Shown piece after piece: positions 38,552 to 50,130 of a DNA stretch of 64,000 nt. Position 1 is the first letter of the stretch, and the number at the start of each line of letters is the position of its first letter. A program made the position numbers and the translations under genes. The stretch lies in contig DATMML010000037.1 in the NCBI GenBank assembly GCA_035570235.1, positions 152,426 through 216,425 of the forward strand. The letters run 5' to 3'. Source of the DNA: Vicinamibacteria bacterium. GTDB taxonomy: Bacteria; Acidobacteriota; Vicinamibacteria; Fen-336. A model generated the notes under the pieces. That model worked only from the letters and a program-made list of their open reading frames with translations. It was not told the DNA's origin and made no database searches.

Positions 38552-39270
38552 GAGACCTCGCGCAGCACGCGGAACCCGTAGTCCGCGTATCGCATGCTGG
38601 GAAGGAGGCTGCTGCGCGCGGCGGGGGAGGACCAGCGGACGCGGTGGCGCCACGATCCCCCCCGGCTCGACCGCCGCTCGCCCTCCGCCGGCCCCCGGAG
38701 GTTTCGCGTCGGCCCCGCCCGGTAGAAGTCGGCCCGGTACCAGTCCAGGCACCACTCGTGGACGATCGTGCCCATGTCGAAGAGGCCATAGCCGTTCGGC
38801 GTCCCCTGTCCCACCCGCCAGGGGCCGGAGAGGGCGCCCTCCGGCACCTCTCCCGGCGGCAGCGCCGCGCCCCAGGCCGTGGCCGCCGAGGCCAGGCCGC
38901 CGCGCGCGGCCCGCTCCCACTCCGCCTCGGTGGGGAGACGCCAGCGCCCTCCCACCGTCCGCGAGAGCCAGGAGCAGTAACCCGTGGCATCGAACCACGA
39001 GACGCCGACCACCGGCTGCTCGGGGGCCCAGAATGCGGGATCGGACCACCAAGGCGGGGCCTCCACCCGCCCCCCGGCCAGGAACCGGGCGTAGGCGAGC
39101 GTCGTGACCGGGGTCCGCCCGATGTGGAAAGCGGGAACCTCGACTTCGTGGACGGGGCGCTCATCGTCGCGGCCGTCGTCCGAGCCCATGCGGAAGCGTC
39201 CGGCGGGGACGAGGGCGGTCGAGGGAGCGAGCGGAGACCGACCGGGCCGGGGCAGAGAGGCAATCGCCAT
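38548..39270 (-). CDS. formylglycine-generating enzyme family protein (FGE-sulfatase domain)
   Basis: MGSDDGRDDERPVHEV...PVT...F and GGSW/RV...R motifs typical of the FGE/SUMF1 fold; 240 aa. Confidence 0.7.
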   Translation of the reverse strand: MAIASLPRPGRSPLAPSTALVPAGRFRMGSDDGRDDERPVHEVEVPAFHIGRTPVTTLAYARFLAGGRVEAPPWWSDPAFWAPEQPVVGVSWFDATGYCSWLSRTVGGRWRLPTEAEWERAARGGLASAATAWGAALPPGEVPEGALSGPWRVGQGTPNGYGLFDMGTIVHEWCLDWYRADFYRAGPTRNLRGPAEGERRSSRGGSWRHRVRWSSPAARSSLLPSMRYADYGFRVLREVS

Positions 39271-39323
39271 GGCGACCCCTTATTCTAGAAGTGTCTCGGT
39301 TGTGGGTGTCCTCGATCCGTCAT

Positions 39324-39350
39324 CATAACTAATAGTGGACGCTAGTTATG
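39324..39350. promoter_or_regulatory. inverted repeat CATAACTA-N11-TAGTTATG in an AT-rich divergent promoter region
   Basis: Perfect 8-bp inverted repeat, with a third CATAAC copy at 39364; in a 120-bp AT-rich island between the FGE-like gene and the M28 peptidase gene. Confidence 0.3.
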
Positions 39351-39408
39351 GCATATACTATAACATAACACTCTAGGTGTTTCCAGTTCTACCAAGCGAG
39401 GACCCCAG

Positions 39409-41049
39409 ATGAGACTGCTTCTGGTCTGCGCCCTGGCCACCTTGACCGCACTCGGTCTGGCCGCGTTCCGGCCGGCCGTGGTGACCCCCCTGGAGAGAGC
39501 GGCCGCCCAGTCGATCCGCGCCGAGCAGCTGCGCGCGGACGTCCGCTTCCTGGTGAGCGATCTCCTCGACGGTCGTGGTCCGGGGAGCCGCGGAGACCGG
39601 TTGGCCCAAGCCTTCATCGCCGCGCGGATGGAGGGCATCGGCCTCGAGCCCGGCGCTCCGGATGGCTCCTGGTTCCAGCCCTTCGACATCGTGGGTGTGA
39701 GCAGCCGGCCCGCGGGGCGGATCCTCCTTGCGCGGGGGGCGGTGAAGGAGGAGCTGTGGCCGCTCGAGGACGTGGTGGCCGCCGCGGGGGTTCCGTCTCC
39801 GGAAGCGCGGATCGAAGGGGCGGAGATCGTGTTCGGGGGCTACGGCATCGTGGCCCCGGAGTTCGGCGGGGACGACGACAAGGGAGCCGATCTCAGGGGC
39901 AAAGTCCTCTTGATGATGAACCGCGAGCCCGAGAGCGGCCCCTCGAGCTTCGCGGGCGGGGGGCGGCACCAATGCGGGCGCGGGGACGAGAAGTACGACC
40001 TGGCCGCGAAAATGGGGGCCGCGGGGGCGATCCTCATCCACACCGCGCGCTCTGCCGGCTGCCCCTGGTCGCTCGTCGAGTCCTCTTGGGGCGGAGAGCA
40101 GTTCAGCTTGCCGAGCGAGGGCGGCCCCCAGCTCCGCGTGAAGGCCTGGATCACCGAGGAGGCCGCGAGACGAATCGCTCGCCTCTCCGGCCAGGACCTG
40201 GACACGCTCCGGCGGGGCGCCGAGAGGAGGGACTTCCGCCCCCTGCCCCTGGGCGTAGCCTTGACCCTCGCCTTGCGGAGCGAGGTGAGGCGCGGGCAGA
40301 CGGCCAACGTGATCGGCCGGCTGCCCGGCAGCGACCTGGGCCTGTCCCGGGAGGGGGTCGTCTACACCGCCCACCACGACCACCTCGGGGCTAAGCCCGG
40401 CCCAGACGCGAGCGCGAGCGCCGCCTGCGACCACGCCTCCGGGGTGGCCGTCCTCCTGGCCATCGCCGAAGCCATGAAGGCGTTGCCGCAGACCCCGCCC
40501 CGCACCACGTTCTTCGCGGCGGTGGGAGGAGAGGAGTGGGGCCGGCTCGGCTCGCGGTACCTCGCCGGGCGGCCTCCCCTGCCCGCGGGGCGATTGGCCG
40601 CGGACATCAACGTGGAGGGCATCGCGATCGGGGGGAGAACGCGGGACGTCACGCAGATCGATCGGGGCCAGTCCTCCCTCGACGATTGGGTCGAGGCCCT
40701 GGCCGCCGTCCAGGATCGCCACGTGGTCTCTCCTCCGTCCCCGGACGCATGCTCGCTTCCCGACCCCTTCAGCTTCGCCCGCATCAGAGTTCCGGTGGCG
40801 TCCCTCGGCTCGGGCACGGAGGCCATCGGCCAGCCGGCGGGCGGGGGTCAGAAACCAGACGAGACCGGGAAGGCCGAGGCGTCTCGTCGGCTCGCAGAGG
40901 ATGGGGACTTCGCGGGAGCGGTGGAGGACGCCCAGCTCCTCTTCTACCTGGGGGTCAAGGTCGGGAGCGCCACCCCCCGACCGACCTGGCGGGGGAGCGA
41001 CGAGTTCAAGGCCACGCGGGAGGCACGGGCCGAGCCGGGGATACGCTGA
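39409..41049 (+). CDS. M28 family metallopeptidase (aminopeptidase) with PA domain
   Basis: Signal peptide; HHDHLG and DxASGVAVLLAIAEA zinc-ligand motifs; PA-domain insertion. Confidence 0.8.
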   Translation: MRLLLVCALATLTALGLAAFRPAVVTPLERAAAQSIRAEQLRADVRFLVSDLLDGRGPGSRGDRLAQAFIAARMEGIGLEPGAPDGSWFQPFDIVGVSSRPAGRILLARGAVKEELWPLEDVVAAAGVPSPEARIEGAEIVFGGYGIVAPEFGGDDDKGADLRGKVLLMMNREPESGPSSFAGGGRHQCGRGDEKYDLAAKMGAAGAILIHTARSAGCPWSLVESSWGGEQFSLPSEGGPQLRVKAWITEEAARRIARLSGQDLDTLRRGAERRDFRPLPLGVALTLALRSEVRRGQTANVIGRLPGSDLGLSREGVVYTAHHDHLGAKPGPDASASAACDHASGVAVLLAIAEAMKALPQTPPRTTFFAAVGGEEWGRLGSRYLAGRPPLPAGRLAADINVEGIAIGGRTRDVTQIDRGQSSLDDWVEALAAVQDRHVVSPPSPDACSLPDPFSFARIRVPVASLGSGTEAIGQPAGGGQKPDETGKAEASRRLAEDGDFAGAVEDAQLLFYLGVKVGSATPRPTWRGSDEFKATREARAEPGIR

Positions 41050-41100
41050 CTCCCCCGCTTCCGCCCCGCGATGGCCACACCGCCCCGCCCGCGGCGGGGA

Positions 41101-41325
41101 TCAGGGATGGGGGGCCACGCCGGCCCGTCGGTGCGCGCGGTGGGCACGGTGAGAGCGCGCTCGGGCCCCCCGGTGCTTGCTCGAGCGGTGTCGCCGCGTC
41201 GCGCGCGTGCGGTTGCTCCGGGTAGACGGGGAGCGACGCGAGGCGGCCCGGGCGGCCAGGACAAACGGCCCCCCCAGCAGTCCCAGGACCAGTCCGAGAC
41301 AGACGAGCTTGCGGATCATCAGCAC
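41101..41325 (-). CDS. possible small membrane-anchored Arg-rich protein (74 aa)
   Basis: AGAGGTG SD 3 nt upstream of ATG, AT-rich promoter-like region upstream; hydrophobic N-terminus then an extremely Arg/His-rich tail; could be a GC-driven artefact. Confidence 0.25.
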   Translation of the reverse strand: MLMIRKLVCLGLVLGLLGGPFVLAARAASRRSPSTRSNRTRATRRHRSSKHRGARARSHRAHRAHRRAGVAPHP

Positions 41326-41402
41326 CTCTTAGGAACCCCCAGATATTGACATGAAGTAACATCCTAAGCAACTGAGCCTATCTAGCTGTCACAAAATGTA
41401 AA

Positions 41403-42733
41403 TCAGGTGGAGCCCACCACGAAGATCGGGACGCTTCCCCCCCCCGCGCTGACGTTGATCACGCTGCTGCGTGACACCCGCGTGACCGCCCCCACCTCGG
41501 CCCCCGTGACGTAGAAGGGGTTGGTATTGACCTTGAGGAACTCGAACTTCAACTCGCCGCCCGTGAGCACCGGGAAGGGCTCCTCGGGGATCGTCACCCG
41601 CTCTTGCACCACCCAGGGCTCGGCCAGGCCCGCCCGGACCGCCCCTTCCCATAGGGCCGGCTCCGTGTCGTCGCCCACGAGCACGGACTGCCCTCCGTAC
41701 CCATGGGCGGGCTTCAAGACCAGGCTCCGGCGGTTCGCGAGGACATGGGGCAGCAGATCGATCTCTTGCCCGTCCTTCAGCGTGCGCCGCTCCTCCACCT
41801 TTCGAGTCCAGGGGGTGACCCGGGCCACGAACGCTCGCTCGTCCTCGCTCAGAAGGGAGGCGAAGGCCTCGTCGGTGAGGAGGGCGAGGAAGGCCTTGTC
41901 TTCGGAGAGCCGGCAACGGAAGGAGTTCACGAAGGGGACGAGGCCAAGGCGATAGGCGCTCAGGAAGGGGCGCACCTCGTCCTCGCGCTTGAGGAGCTCC
42001 GAGAGCACCACCCGGCGGTAGACGACATCCACGAGGCGGGAGCCGGCCCGGAGGCGCCCCCCGAGAACCGTCATCTCGCGGGGATCGGCGAGGAAACAGT
42101 CGACGCCGCGGGCGGCAAAGGCCTCGCGCAGGATTTCCTGGTCCGCCCTCGTCTTCACGTCCGCCCAATCCGCGATGGCCACTCCCGGCCGCCCCGCCCC
42201 GGGATCCCGCAGCGCCCCCAGCACGGCCTGGACGAGCCCCTCCTCCGAGGGCTGGTAGGCGAGGGGCGTCTCGAGGGCAAACGCCCGGAAGACCGGGAGC
42301 TCCGAGAAGACCTTGGCCATGCGGTCGCTGTAGCCAAAACCGGCGGGGGCGTCGCTGTTGATCTCGATGAAGCGGGGGCCGGTGGGGGTGAGGAAGGCGT
42401 CGAGCCGCGAGACCACCACGTCGGGCTCCCCCGGGTCCACGGCCAGCCAGCGCGCCTCCGCGGCCGGGGTGCCCAGGAACGCGCACAGCCGGCCCACATC
42501 CCCCAAGAACGCGCGCCGGGCCACTCGCGCCGCCAGCTCGAGCAGGCGCCGCCCCTCCGCCCGCAGGGCCTCCCAGGCGGTCCGCTCCACGAACTGGGGC
42601 CGAAGGAAGCTCGCCATGGGCGCCCGGTCGAAAGTGACCCCCGCCCGCGAGAGCTCCTCAGTAAGCCAAGCGGCCTGTTCGCGCGCGGCGGCGGGATCGG
42701 CTTCCAGGCGACGGTTGTAGGCGCGGGCGGCGG

Positions 42734-42756
<23 letters not shown>
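41403..42756 (-). CDS. ATP-grasp-like protein (glutathionylspermidine-synthase / circularly permuted ATP-grasp type)
   Basis: VLKPAHGYGGQSV and surrounding pre-ATP-grasp-like blocks; the N-terminal 270 codons of the track ORF are judged a spurious extension; GTG start inferred. Confidence 0.4.
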
Positions 42757-44019
<1,263 letters not shown>

Positions 44020-44023
<4 letters not shown>

Positions 44024-44955
44024 GAGGCCGCCCCCGCGCCGCCCCCGAGCAGGAGGTAGAGCACGGCCATGCGGACGGCCACCCCGTTGGTGACCTGGTC
44101 CAAGATCACGGAGTAGGGCCCGTCGGCCACCTCGCTCGCGATCTCCACCCCGCGGTTCATGGGGCCGGGGTGAAGGATCAGCACGTCCTTCTTGGCCCGC
44201 CGGACCCGCTCCTCGGTGAGGCCGAAGCGGTTGAAGAACTCCCGGGGGGAGGGGAGGTAGCCGCCCGTCATCCGCTCCCGCTGGATCCGCAGCACCATGA
44301 TCGCGTCCGCCCCCTCCACCGCCTCCTCGATCCGCCAGGTGACGGGGGCCAGCCGCTCGATCCCGGGGGGCACCAGGGTGGGAGGGGCGCACAGCACGAC
44401 CGAGGCCCCCATCTTCGAGAGCAGCCACAGGTTCGAGCGGGCCACCCGGCTGTGCAGCAGGTCCCCTACGATGGCCACCCGCAGACCCTTGAGCCGCCCC
44501 TTGCGCTGGCGGAGGGTGAGGGCGTCGAGGAGGGCCTGGGTGGGGTGCTCGTGGGCCCCGTCCCCCGCGTTCACGATCGCGGACCGGCAATGCCGGGCCA
44601 GGAAGTGCGGGGCCCCGGAGGAGGCGTGGCGGATCACGATCATGTCTGGGTTCATGGCCTCGAGGTTCTTGGCGGTGTCGAGCAGCGTCTCTCCCTTCTG
44701 GACGCTGGAGGTGGCGGTCGAGATGCTGAGGCTGTCCGCGGAGAGGACCTTCTCCGCGATCTCGAACGACGAGCGGGTGCGCGTGGAGGCCTCGTAGAAG
44801 AGGTTGACCACGGTCTTGCCCCTGAGCACGGGCACCTTTTTGATGGGGCGGTCCAGCACCTCCTTCAGCCCGTCCGCGGTGTCGAGGACCACCTGGATAT
44901 CGGCCGGCTCCAGGGGCTCGATGCCCAGGAGATGGCGGTGGGGGAACGCGCTCAC
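44020..44955 (-). CDS. pyrB: aspartate carbamoyltransferase catalytic subunit
   Basis: STRTR carbamoyl-phosphate motif, HPTQ and HPGP motifs. Confidence 0.9.
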
Positions 44956-45569
44956 TTCCCTCTCCTTCCCCGGGCCCGCCCGCGGCGGGCCCCCCCCCGC
45001 TGGGCCCGCCGGGCCCGGCGCTCCAGGAGCAGGACCCCGTCCCTTCCGTCCTCCTCCCGGAGAAGCACCTGCACGATCTCCTGCCGCGCCGTGGCCAGGC
45101 TCCGACCCGCGTAGTCGGCGCGGATGGGGAGCTCGCGGTGGCCCCGGTCCACGAGCACGGCCAGCTCGATGCGGTCGGGGCGGCCGAAGTCGATGAGCTG
45201 GTCGAGGGCGGCGCGCACCGTGCGCCCGGTGAAGAGCACGTCGTCCACCACGATCACCGTGCGGCCGTCGATGGAGAAGGGGATCTCGGTTCCCTTGGTG
45301 ATGGGCTGGCTCGCGATCATCGTGAAATCGTCGCGGTAGAGGGAGATGTCCAGGGCCCCCACCGCGGGCTCGACCCCGCTCGCCTCCCGGAGGAGACCGG
45401 CCAGCCGGCGGGCGAGGGGCACCCCGCGGCTGCGCACCCCCACCAGCACCACCCCCCGCATGTCGGGGTGGCGCTCCAGGATCTCGTGGGCCATGCGGGC
45501 CAGGGTGCGGGCCACGCGGCCCGCGTCCATGAGAACTGCCTTCTCAATCTGGGGAGAGGGGCCGGCCAT
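44952..45569 (-). CDS. pyrR: bifunctional pyrimidine operon regulator / uracil phosphoribosyltransferase PyrR
   Basis: PRTase motif [13 protein letters not shown]; conserved PyrR N-terminus; unusual Arg-rich C-terminal tail; stop overlaps the pyrB start (GTGA). Confidence 0.85.
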   Translation of the reverse strand: MAGPSPQIEKAVLMDAGRVARTLARMAHEILERHPDMRGVVLVGVRSRGVPLARRLAGLLREASGVEPAVGALDISLYRDDFTMIASQPITKGTEIPFSIDGRTVIVVDDVLFTGRTVRAALDQLIDFGRPDRIELAVLVDRGHRELPIRADYAGRSLATARQEIVQVLLREEDGRDGVLLLERRARRAQRGGARRGRARGRRGK

Positions 45570-45746
45570 TCAAGCCACCCGGGCCCCGTCCGGCACCGGA
45601 AGCTCGGGGAGGACGGTCTTGGGGGCCCCCTTCAGGAGCCGCGCGGACACGATCGTGCCGACCCGGATCTGCAAGCTCAGGAAGTCGTCGAGGCTGGCCA
45701 AGGCGGGCGGATGGTACCGCGCCCCGCTCCCACGGACAAGCCTTGC

Positions 45747-46445
45747 TCATGCGGGCTCCCCCAGGATCGCGCGCAGCGCCACCTCGGTTTGCGAGAAGTC
45801 GTCGAGGAGCGCGTCGGGGGACTCCGCGGCCAGGCGCTCTTGGGGCGTCCGCCCCGTGGCCACCGCCACCGCCCGCACGCCCAGGCCACGCCCGCAGAGC
45901 ACGTCGTGGATGGAGTCCCCGACGACCACCACCCGCTTCCCCGCGAACTCCAGCCCGGTGAGGTCGCGCGCGCGGGCCACGGCCAGGGCGGGCAGGCGAT
46001 AGCGGTCCTCGTGGTCGGAGCCGAAGGCCCCGAAGGGGAAGTGGCGGTTGGCGCGGAGGGGCGCGAGCTTGGCCCGCGCACAGGGCTCCAGGTTGCCGGT
46101 GAGGAGGCCAAGCGTGACCCCCCTCGTCGCGGCCAGGGCCTCCAGGAGGGGGCCCACGCCCGGCTTGGCCACCACGTCCTCCGGGCGCAGGAGCTCCAGG
46201 AGCCGCGAGCGGTACCGCTCCAGGGCGGTTGAGCGAAGGGCCACGATCTCTTCGTCCAGAAAGCCGGCCCCCCGCATGAGCTCGCGCACGATCTGGGGAT
46301 CGGTCTTCCCGGAATAGTCGTATCCGGCGACGGGGCCCACGGCGCCGAACGTCTCCTGGAGCGCGTCCTCCAGAGCCCGCGAGGAGACCCCTCCCGCGGA
46401 GAGGAGCGTGCCGTCGATGTCGAAGAGCACGAGCCGTGGGGTCAG
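45747..46445 (-). CDS. HAD-superfamily hydrolase
   Basis: LVLFDIDGTL motif I, later motifs (GDSIHD); CTG start after GGAGAG inferred, directly after the upstream gene stop. Confidence 0.65.
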   Translation of the reverse strand: MTPRLVLFDIDGTLLSAGGVSSRALEDALQETFGAVGPVAGYDYSGKTDPQIVRELMRGAGFLDEEIVALRSTALERYRSRLLELLRPEDVVAKPGVGPLLEALAATRGVTLGLLTGNLEPCARAKLAPLRANRHFPFGAFGSDHEDRYRLPALAVARARDLTGLEFAGKRVVVVGDSIHDVLCGRGLGVRAVAVATGRTPQERLAAESPDALLDDFSQTEVALRAILGEPA

Positions 46446-48274
46446 GGGCTCTCCTCGGGCAGGGGCGGAAGGTCGTCGAGGCTGCCCCCGGCCGTGATGG
46501 GGGTGATGGCGAGGCTCTCGTAGCTGGGGATGAAGGTGACGGGGTGGGCCTGGGCGAAGTCCTCGTCGACGATCTCGGTCAGGACCCGCCCCTCCATGTC
46601 GCGGGCCACGGGCAACCCGATCAAGTAGAGGAGGGTGGGTGCCACGTCGAGGACGGAGGCGCTGCCCAGCACGGCGCCCGGTCGCACTCCGTCCCCCACC
46701 GCCATCAGGAACCCGTCCGGCGCGCCCGCGTGGGTCCCGCTCATGCCGGAGCCGCCGGTCGCCCCATCCAGGAGCCGCCGCCAGAGGGGGACGGGCTCCA
46801 TGCCATAGCCGGACACGACCACCAGGATCTCCCCCGGGCGCAGCTGCTTCTCCGTCTCCCCCACCCATTGGCTGAGCAGGGCCTGATAGCGGTCGAGGAC
46901 CCGCCCGTAGCGCCGCGTCTCTTGGGCACGCACGTCGCCGAAGCTCTCGGGATGGGCATAGCGCAGGAAGGCGTGGCCGACCACGTCCAGGCCGTAGAAG
47001 TAGGTGGCAAAGAAGGGGGGGTCGTAGGCGGCCCTGAGGACGGAGCCCGCCCGCCGGTAGGTGAGGTCCGGAGCCAGGGCCCGCTCCACCAGGTCCCGCC
47101 GCCAGGGAAGGTCGTCCCCCCCGGAACGCAGGGGGGGCTCGACGAACTCGGAGAGCAGGGCCTCGTCCACGTCCCCCGCGGGCACGGAGCGGGACTTGAC
47201 CTCCGCGATCAGGTCGCGGGGGTAGAGGGTGTCGGCGGCCCGGACCGGATCGTCGCGGAGCAGGTGGAAGTAGGGGGAGAGCATGAACCCCTGCACGCGC
47301 TCCGGCGGGTAGGTGCCCCAGATGCGAACGATCCCGGTGGGGATGCCGAAGGCGTTGAGCGCGTTCCACAGGGCCCGCCGCTTGCGGGCGGTGGAGGTCA
47401 CGGGCCGGGTGGAAACGAGCCCCACCCGCTCCAGGAGCCGGACCAGAGCCCCCTTGGGCAGGAGCTCGTAGGTGGTGGTGGAGCCGAGCACCCGGTAGGT
47501 GGCGAAGCTCTTCACCCCATGGTCGCGGGGCAGGCGCCCGGTGAGTATGGTGGTCCAGACGGGCGGCCCTTCCGTGGGGCGCAGGGTGGCGAGGGGCCCC
47601 CCCGCCCCTCTCTTCAGGATGCGCGCGAACGCGGGCAGGTTGCCCTTGGTCACGCCCGAAGCGACCACGTCCGGGCCGAGGCCGTCCACACCCACGAGGA
47701 GGACCCGCCGCGTGGGAGTGATGGTCTCCGTGGCCAGGGGGAGGGGGCGGGCCTCGGCCGCGGGGAGGGGACGCAGGGCCAGGGGAAGGATCACGGCCGC
47801 GGAGGGGGCGAGGACGACGAGGGCGGCGGAGAAGCCGCGGCCCCGGCGGGGGAAGAGAAACAGGTCCACGCCCACCGCGAGAAGGACCAGGAGGGCGGCG
47901 GAGACGGCCAGGCCGGACGCGAAGAGGCCACGGAGGAACTCCACCGGGATCGAGTGGCGGTAGCTGAGCAGGTTCATCCAATAGAGGGCGGCCGCGGCGG
48001 AGAGGGCCAGGAAAGCGAGCCCGGGGAAAAAGGGGAGCCCCGAGAGCAGGGGTGGGGAGGGGCGGGAACCCCCCAAGAGCGCGTGGAAAAGGAGAGCGAG
48101 GAGCGCGAGGCCCGCGGTGCCGACCACGAGGTAGGGGAGGAAGAAGGAGACCAGGAGGGCCAGGGCCTCCCCGCGCAGCCGGATCCCCGGGTTCAGGAAG
48201 AGGGTGAGCGCGACCAGGTCCGCGGCCAGGATCGCGGCCGCCGCGGCCGCGCTGCCCAGGGTTCGCCGGAACAT
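46442..48274 (-). CDS. membrane-anchored alkaline phosphatase / type I phosphodiesterase family protein
   Basis: N-terminal approx. 180 aa multi-TM region; C-terminal domain with VGVDGLGPD and HG motifs of the AlkP/NPP superfamily. Confidence 0.6.
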   Translation of the reverse strand: MFRRTLGSAAAAAAILAADLVALTLFLNPGIRLRGEALALLVSFFLPYLVVGTAGLALLALLFHALLGGSRPSPPLLSGLPFFPGLAFLALSAAAALYWMNLLSYRHSIPVEFLRGLFASGLAVSAALLVLLAVGVDLFLFPRRGRGFSAALVVLAPSAAVILPLALRPLPAAEARPLPLATETITPTRRVLLVGVDGLGPDVVASGVTKGNLPAFARILKRGAGGPLATLRPTEGPPVWTTILTGRLPRDHGVKSFATYRVLGSTTTYELLPKGALVRLLERVGLVSTRPVTSTARKRRALWNALNAFGIPTGIVRIWGTYPPERVQGFMLSPYFHLLRDDPVRAADTLYPRDLIAEVKSRSVPAGDVDEALLSEFVEPPLRSGGDDLPWRRDLVERALAPDLTYRRAGSVLRAAYDPPFFATYFYGLDVVGHAFLRYAHPESFGDVRAQETRRYGRVLDRYQALLSQWVGETEKQLRPGEILVVVSGYGMEPVPLWRRLLDGATGGSGMSGTHAGAPDGFLMAVGDGVRPGAVLGSASVLDVAPTLLYLIGLPVARDMEGRVLTEIVDEDFAQAHPVTFIPSYESLAITPITAGGSLDDLPPLPEESP

Positions 48275-48349
48275 CAGGAGAGCCTACCCGATTTGGCGCG
48301 CCCTCGCCCCCGTCGACGAACCGCGCCGCCGCCGGTTATCATCGGGGGA

Positions 48350-49192
48350 ATGCCCGCCGACGAGCCCGCTCCTCTCCTCGCCCGCGAGCCGCTGGAGGGC
48401 GCCTACGTGCTCCTCACCTTCCGGCACGCGGAGACGGCCCGCGCCGCCCGCGCTGGCCAGTTCGTGATGATCAAGGCGGGCACGAGCCCCGAGCTTCCCC
48501 TCCGCAGGCCCTTCTCGGTCATGAGCGTGGACCGCGCGCGGCAAACCTTCACCCTCTTCCTGAAGGCGGTGGGGCCGGGGAGCCGGGCCCTGGCCGGCCT
48601 GCGCGTGGGGGAGGTGGCCCAGTGCCTGGGACCCCTGGGCCGATCGTTCCCGCCCCCGGGCGCGGGGGAGGAGGCCTTGCTCGTGGCCGGCGGCTACGGG
48701 ATCGCCCCCTTCCGCCTCTTCTGCGAAGAGCTCGGCACCGGCCCCCGGGCCCGCGTGTTCTACGGCGGCCGCACCGGTCACGATCTGCAACTGCGCGACC
48801 GCTTCGCGGACCTCAAGGTGCCGCTCCTGCCCGCCACCGAGGACGGGAGCGTCGGCCACCGCGGGCGGGTCACCTCCGCGCTCGAGGCCTACCTGGACGG
48901 GCGGCCAGGCCCGGTGCGGCTCTACGCCTGCGGCCCCCCCGCGATGCTCCAGGCGGTGGCGAGCTTGGCCGGCGAGCGGGGCCTCGAGGCCTCGGTGAGC
49001 CTCGATCCCTGGATGGGCTGCGGCCTCGGCACCTGCCTGAGCTGCGTGGTCTGGACCCAGGAGCGGGAAGAGCCGCGGCCCCACTACCGCTGCGCCTGCA
49101 CCGAGGGCCCGGTCTTCGACGCCAAAACCGTGGTCTGGCCGGGAGAGGTGACGTCGCTCGCCCGGCGGCGGCCGGAGAGGTCCCCCGCGTGA
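48350..49192 (+). CDS. pyrK: dihydroorotate dehydrogenase electron transfer subunit
   Basis: FAD/NAD-binding FNR-like fold (RPFSV) and C-terminal CGxGxCxxC...C [2Fe-2S] motif (MGCGLGTCLSCVV); ATG at 48350 inside the larger track ORF. Confidence 0.85.
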   Translation: MPADEPAPLLAREPLEGAYVLLTFRHAETARAARAGQFVMIKAGTSPELPLRRPFSVMSVDRARQTFTLFLKAVGPGSRALAGLRVGEVAQCLGPLGRSFPPPGAGEEALLVAGGYGIAPFRLFCEELGTGPRARVFYGGRTGHDLQLRDRFADLKVPLLPATEDGSVGHRGRVTSALEAYLDGRPGPVRLYACGPPAMLQAVASLAGERGLEASVSLDPWMGCGLGTCLSCVVWTQEREEPRPHYRCACTEGPVFDAKTVVWPGEVTSLARRRPERSPA

Positions 49193-50130
49193 ACCTCTCC
49201 GTCGAGATCGCGGGCCTGCGTCTCAAGAACCCCTTGATCGCCGCCTCCGGCACGTTCGGGTACGGGGTCGAGTACGAGGGGATCTTGGATTTGTCCCGTC
49301 TCGGCGGCCTCGTCTCCAAGGGGCTCTACCTCGAGCCCCGCGACGGCTGCCCCCCCCCGCGCATCGTGGAGACGCCGTCGGGGCTCCTGAACGCGATCGG
49401 CCTCCAGGGGGTGGGCGTCCGGGCCTTCGTGCGAGACGTCCTGCCCCGCCTCCTCGTCCACGACACCGCAATCTTCGTGAACGTCTGCGGCGACACCGTC
49501 GAGGAATACGCGGAGGTAGCGCGTATCCTGGAAGACGCGCCGGGGGTGGCCGGGCTCGAGATCAACATCTCCTGCCCCAACGTCAAGAAGGGGGGGATGG
49601 CCTTTGGTGGCGATCCCCGCATGACCCATGAGGTGGTGGCGGCGGTGCGCAAAGCCACCCTCCGGCCCGTGATCCCGAAGCTCTCGCCCAACGTGGCCGA
49701 CATCACCGTCTTCGCGCGGGCGGCCGCGGAGGCGGGCGCGGATGCCCTCTCCTGCATCAACACCCTCCTGGGCCTGGCCATCGACGTGGAGACCGCGAGG
49801 CCCGCCCTCGCCTTCGGCACCGGGGGCCTCTCGGGTCCCGCAATCCGGCCCCTGGCCGTGCGGATGGCCTGGCAAGCGGCCCGCGCGGTCAAGATCCCCG
49901 TCATCGGCGTGGGGGGGATCGCGTCCGCCCGCGACGCGCTCGAGTTCCTGATCGCGGGCTGCCGGGCCGTTCAGGTGGGGACCGCGAACTTCGTCAACGT
50001 GGGCATCTACGATCGGATCCTCGCCGACCTCGGCCACTACCTGGAGCGGCACGGACGGACGGACATCAATGAGGTCGTGGCCACCCTCTCCTATCCCGAT
50101 TCGGCCCCGGCGCCCCCGAGAAGCGAATGA
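49189..50130 (+). CDS. pyrD: dihydroorotate dehydrogenase catalytic subunit (class 1B)
   Basis: [15 protein letters not shown], active-site Cys motif, FMN-binding GGI motif; GTG start overlaps the pyrK stop. Confidence 0.9.
   Translation: MNLSVEIAGLRLKNPLIAASGTFGYGVEYEGILDLSRLGGLVSKGLYLEPRDGCPPPRIVETPSGLLNAIGLQGVGVRAFVRDVLPRLLVHDTAIFVNVCGDTVEEYAEVARILEDAPGVAGLEINISCPNVKKGGMAFGGDPRMTHEVVAAVRKATLRPVIPKLSPNVADITVFARAAAEAGADALSCINTLLGLAIDVETARPALAFGTGGLSGPAIRPLAVRMAWQAARAVKIPVIGVGGIASARDALEFLIAGCRAVQVGTANFVNVGIYDRILADLGHYLERHGRTDINEVVATLSYPDSAPAPPRSE

Noticed and set aside
38181-39263. 360-aa minus ORF overlapping the FGE and PilZ genes
   Set aside because: Pro/Arg/Gly low-complexity alternative frame; the FGE-fold and PilZ-like frames have recognisable motifs.
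46436-48349. 5' two-thirds of the 918-aa plus ORF containing pyrK
   Set aside because: Antisense to the phosphatase/HAD genes and compositionally aberrant; pyrK starts at the ATG at 48350.
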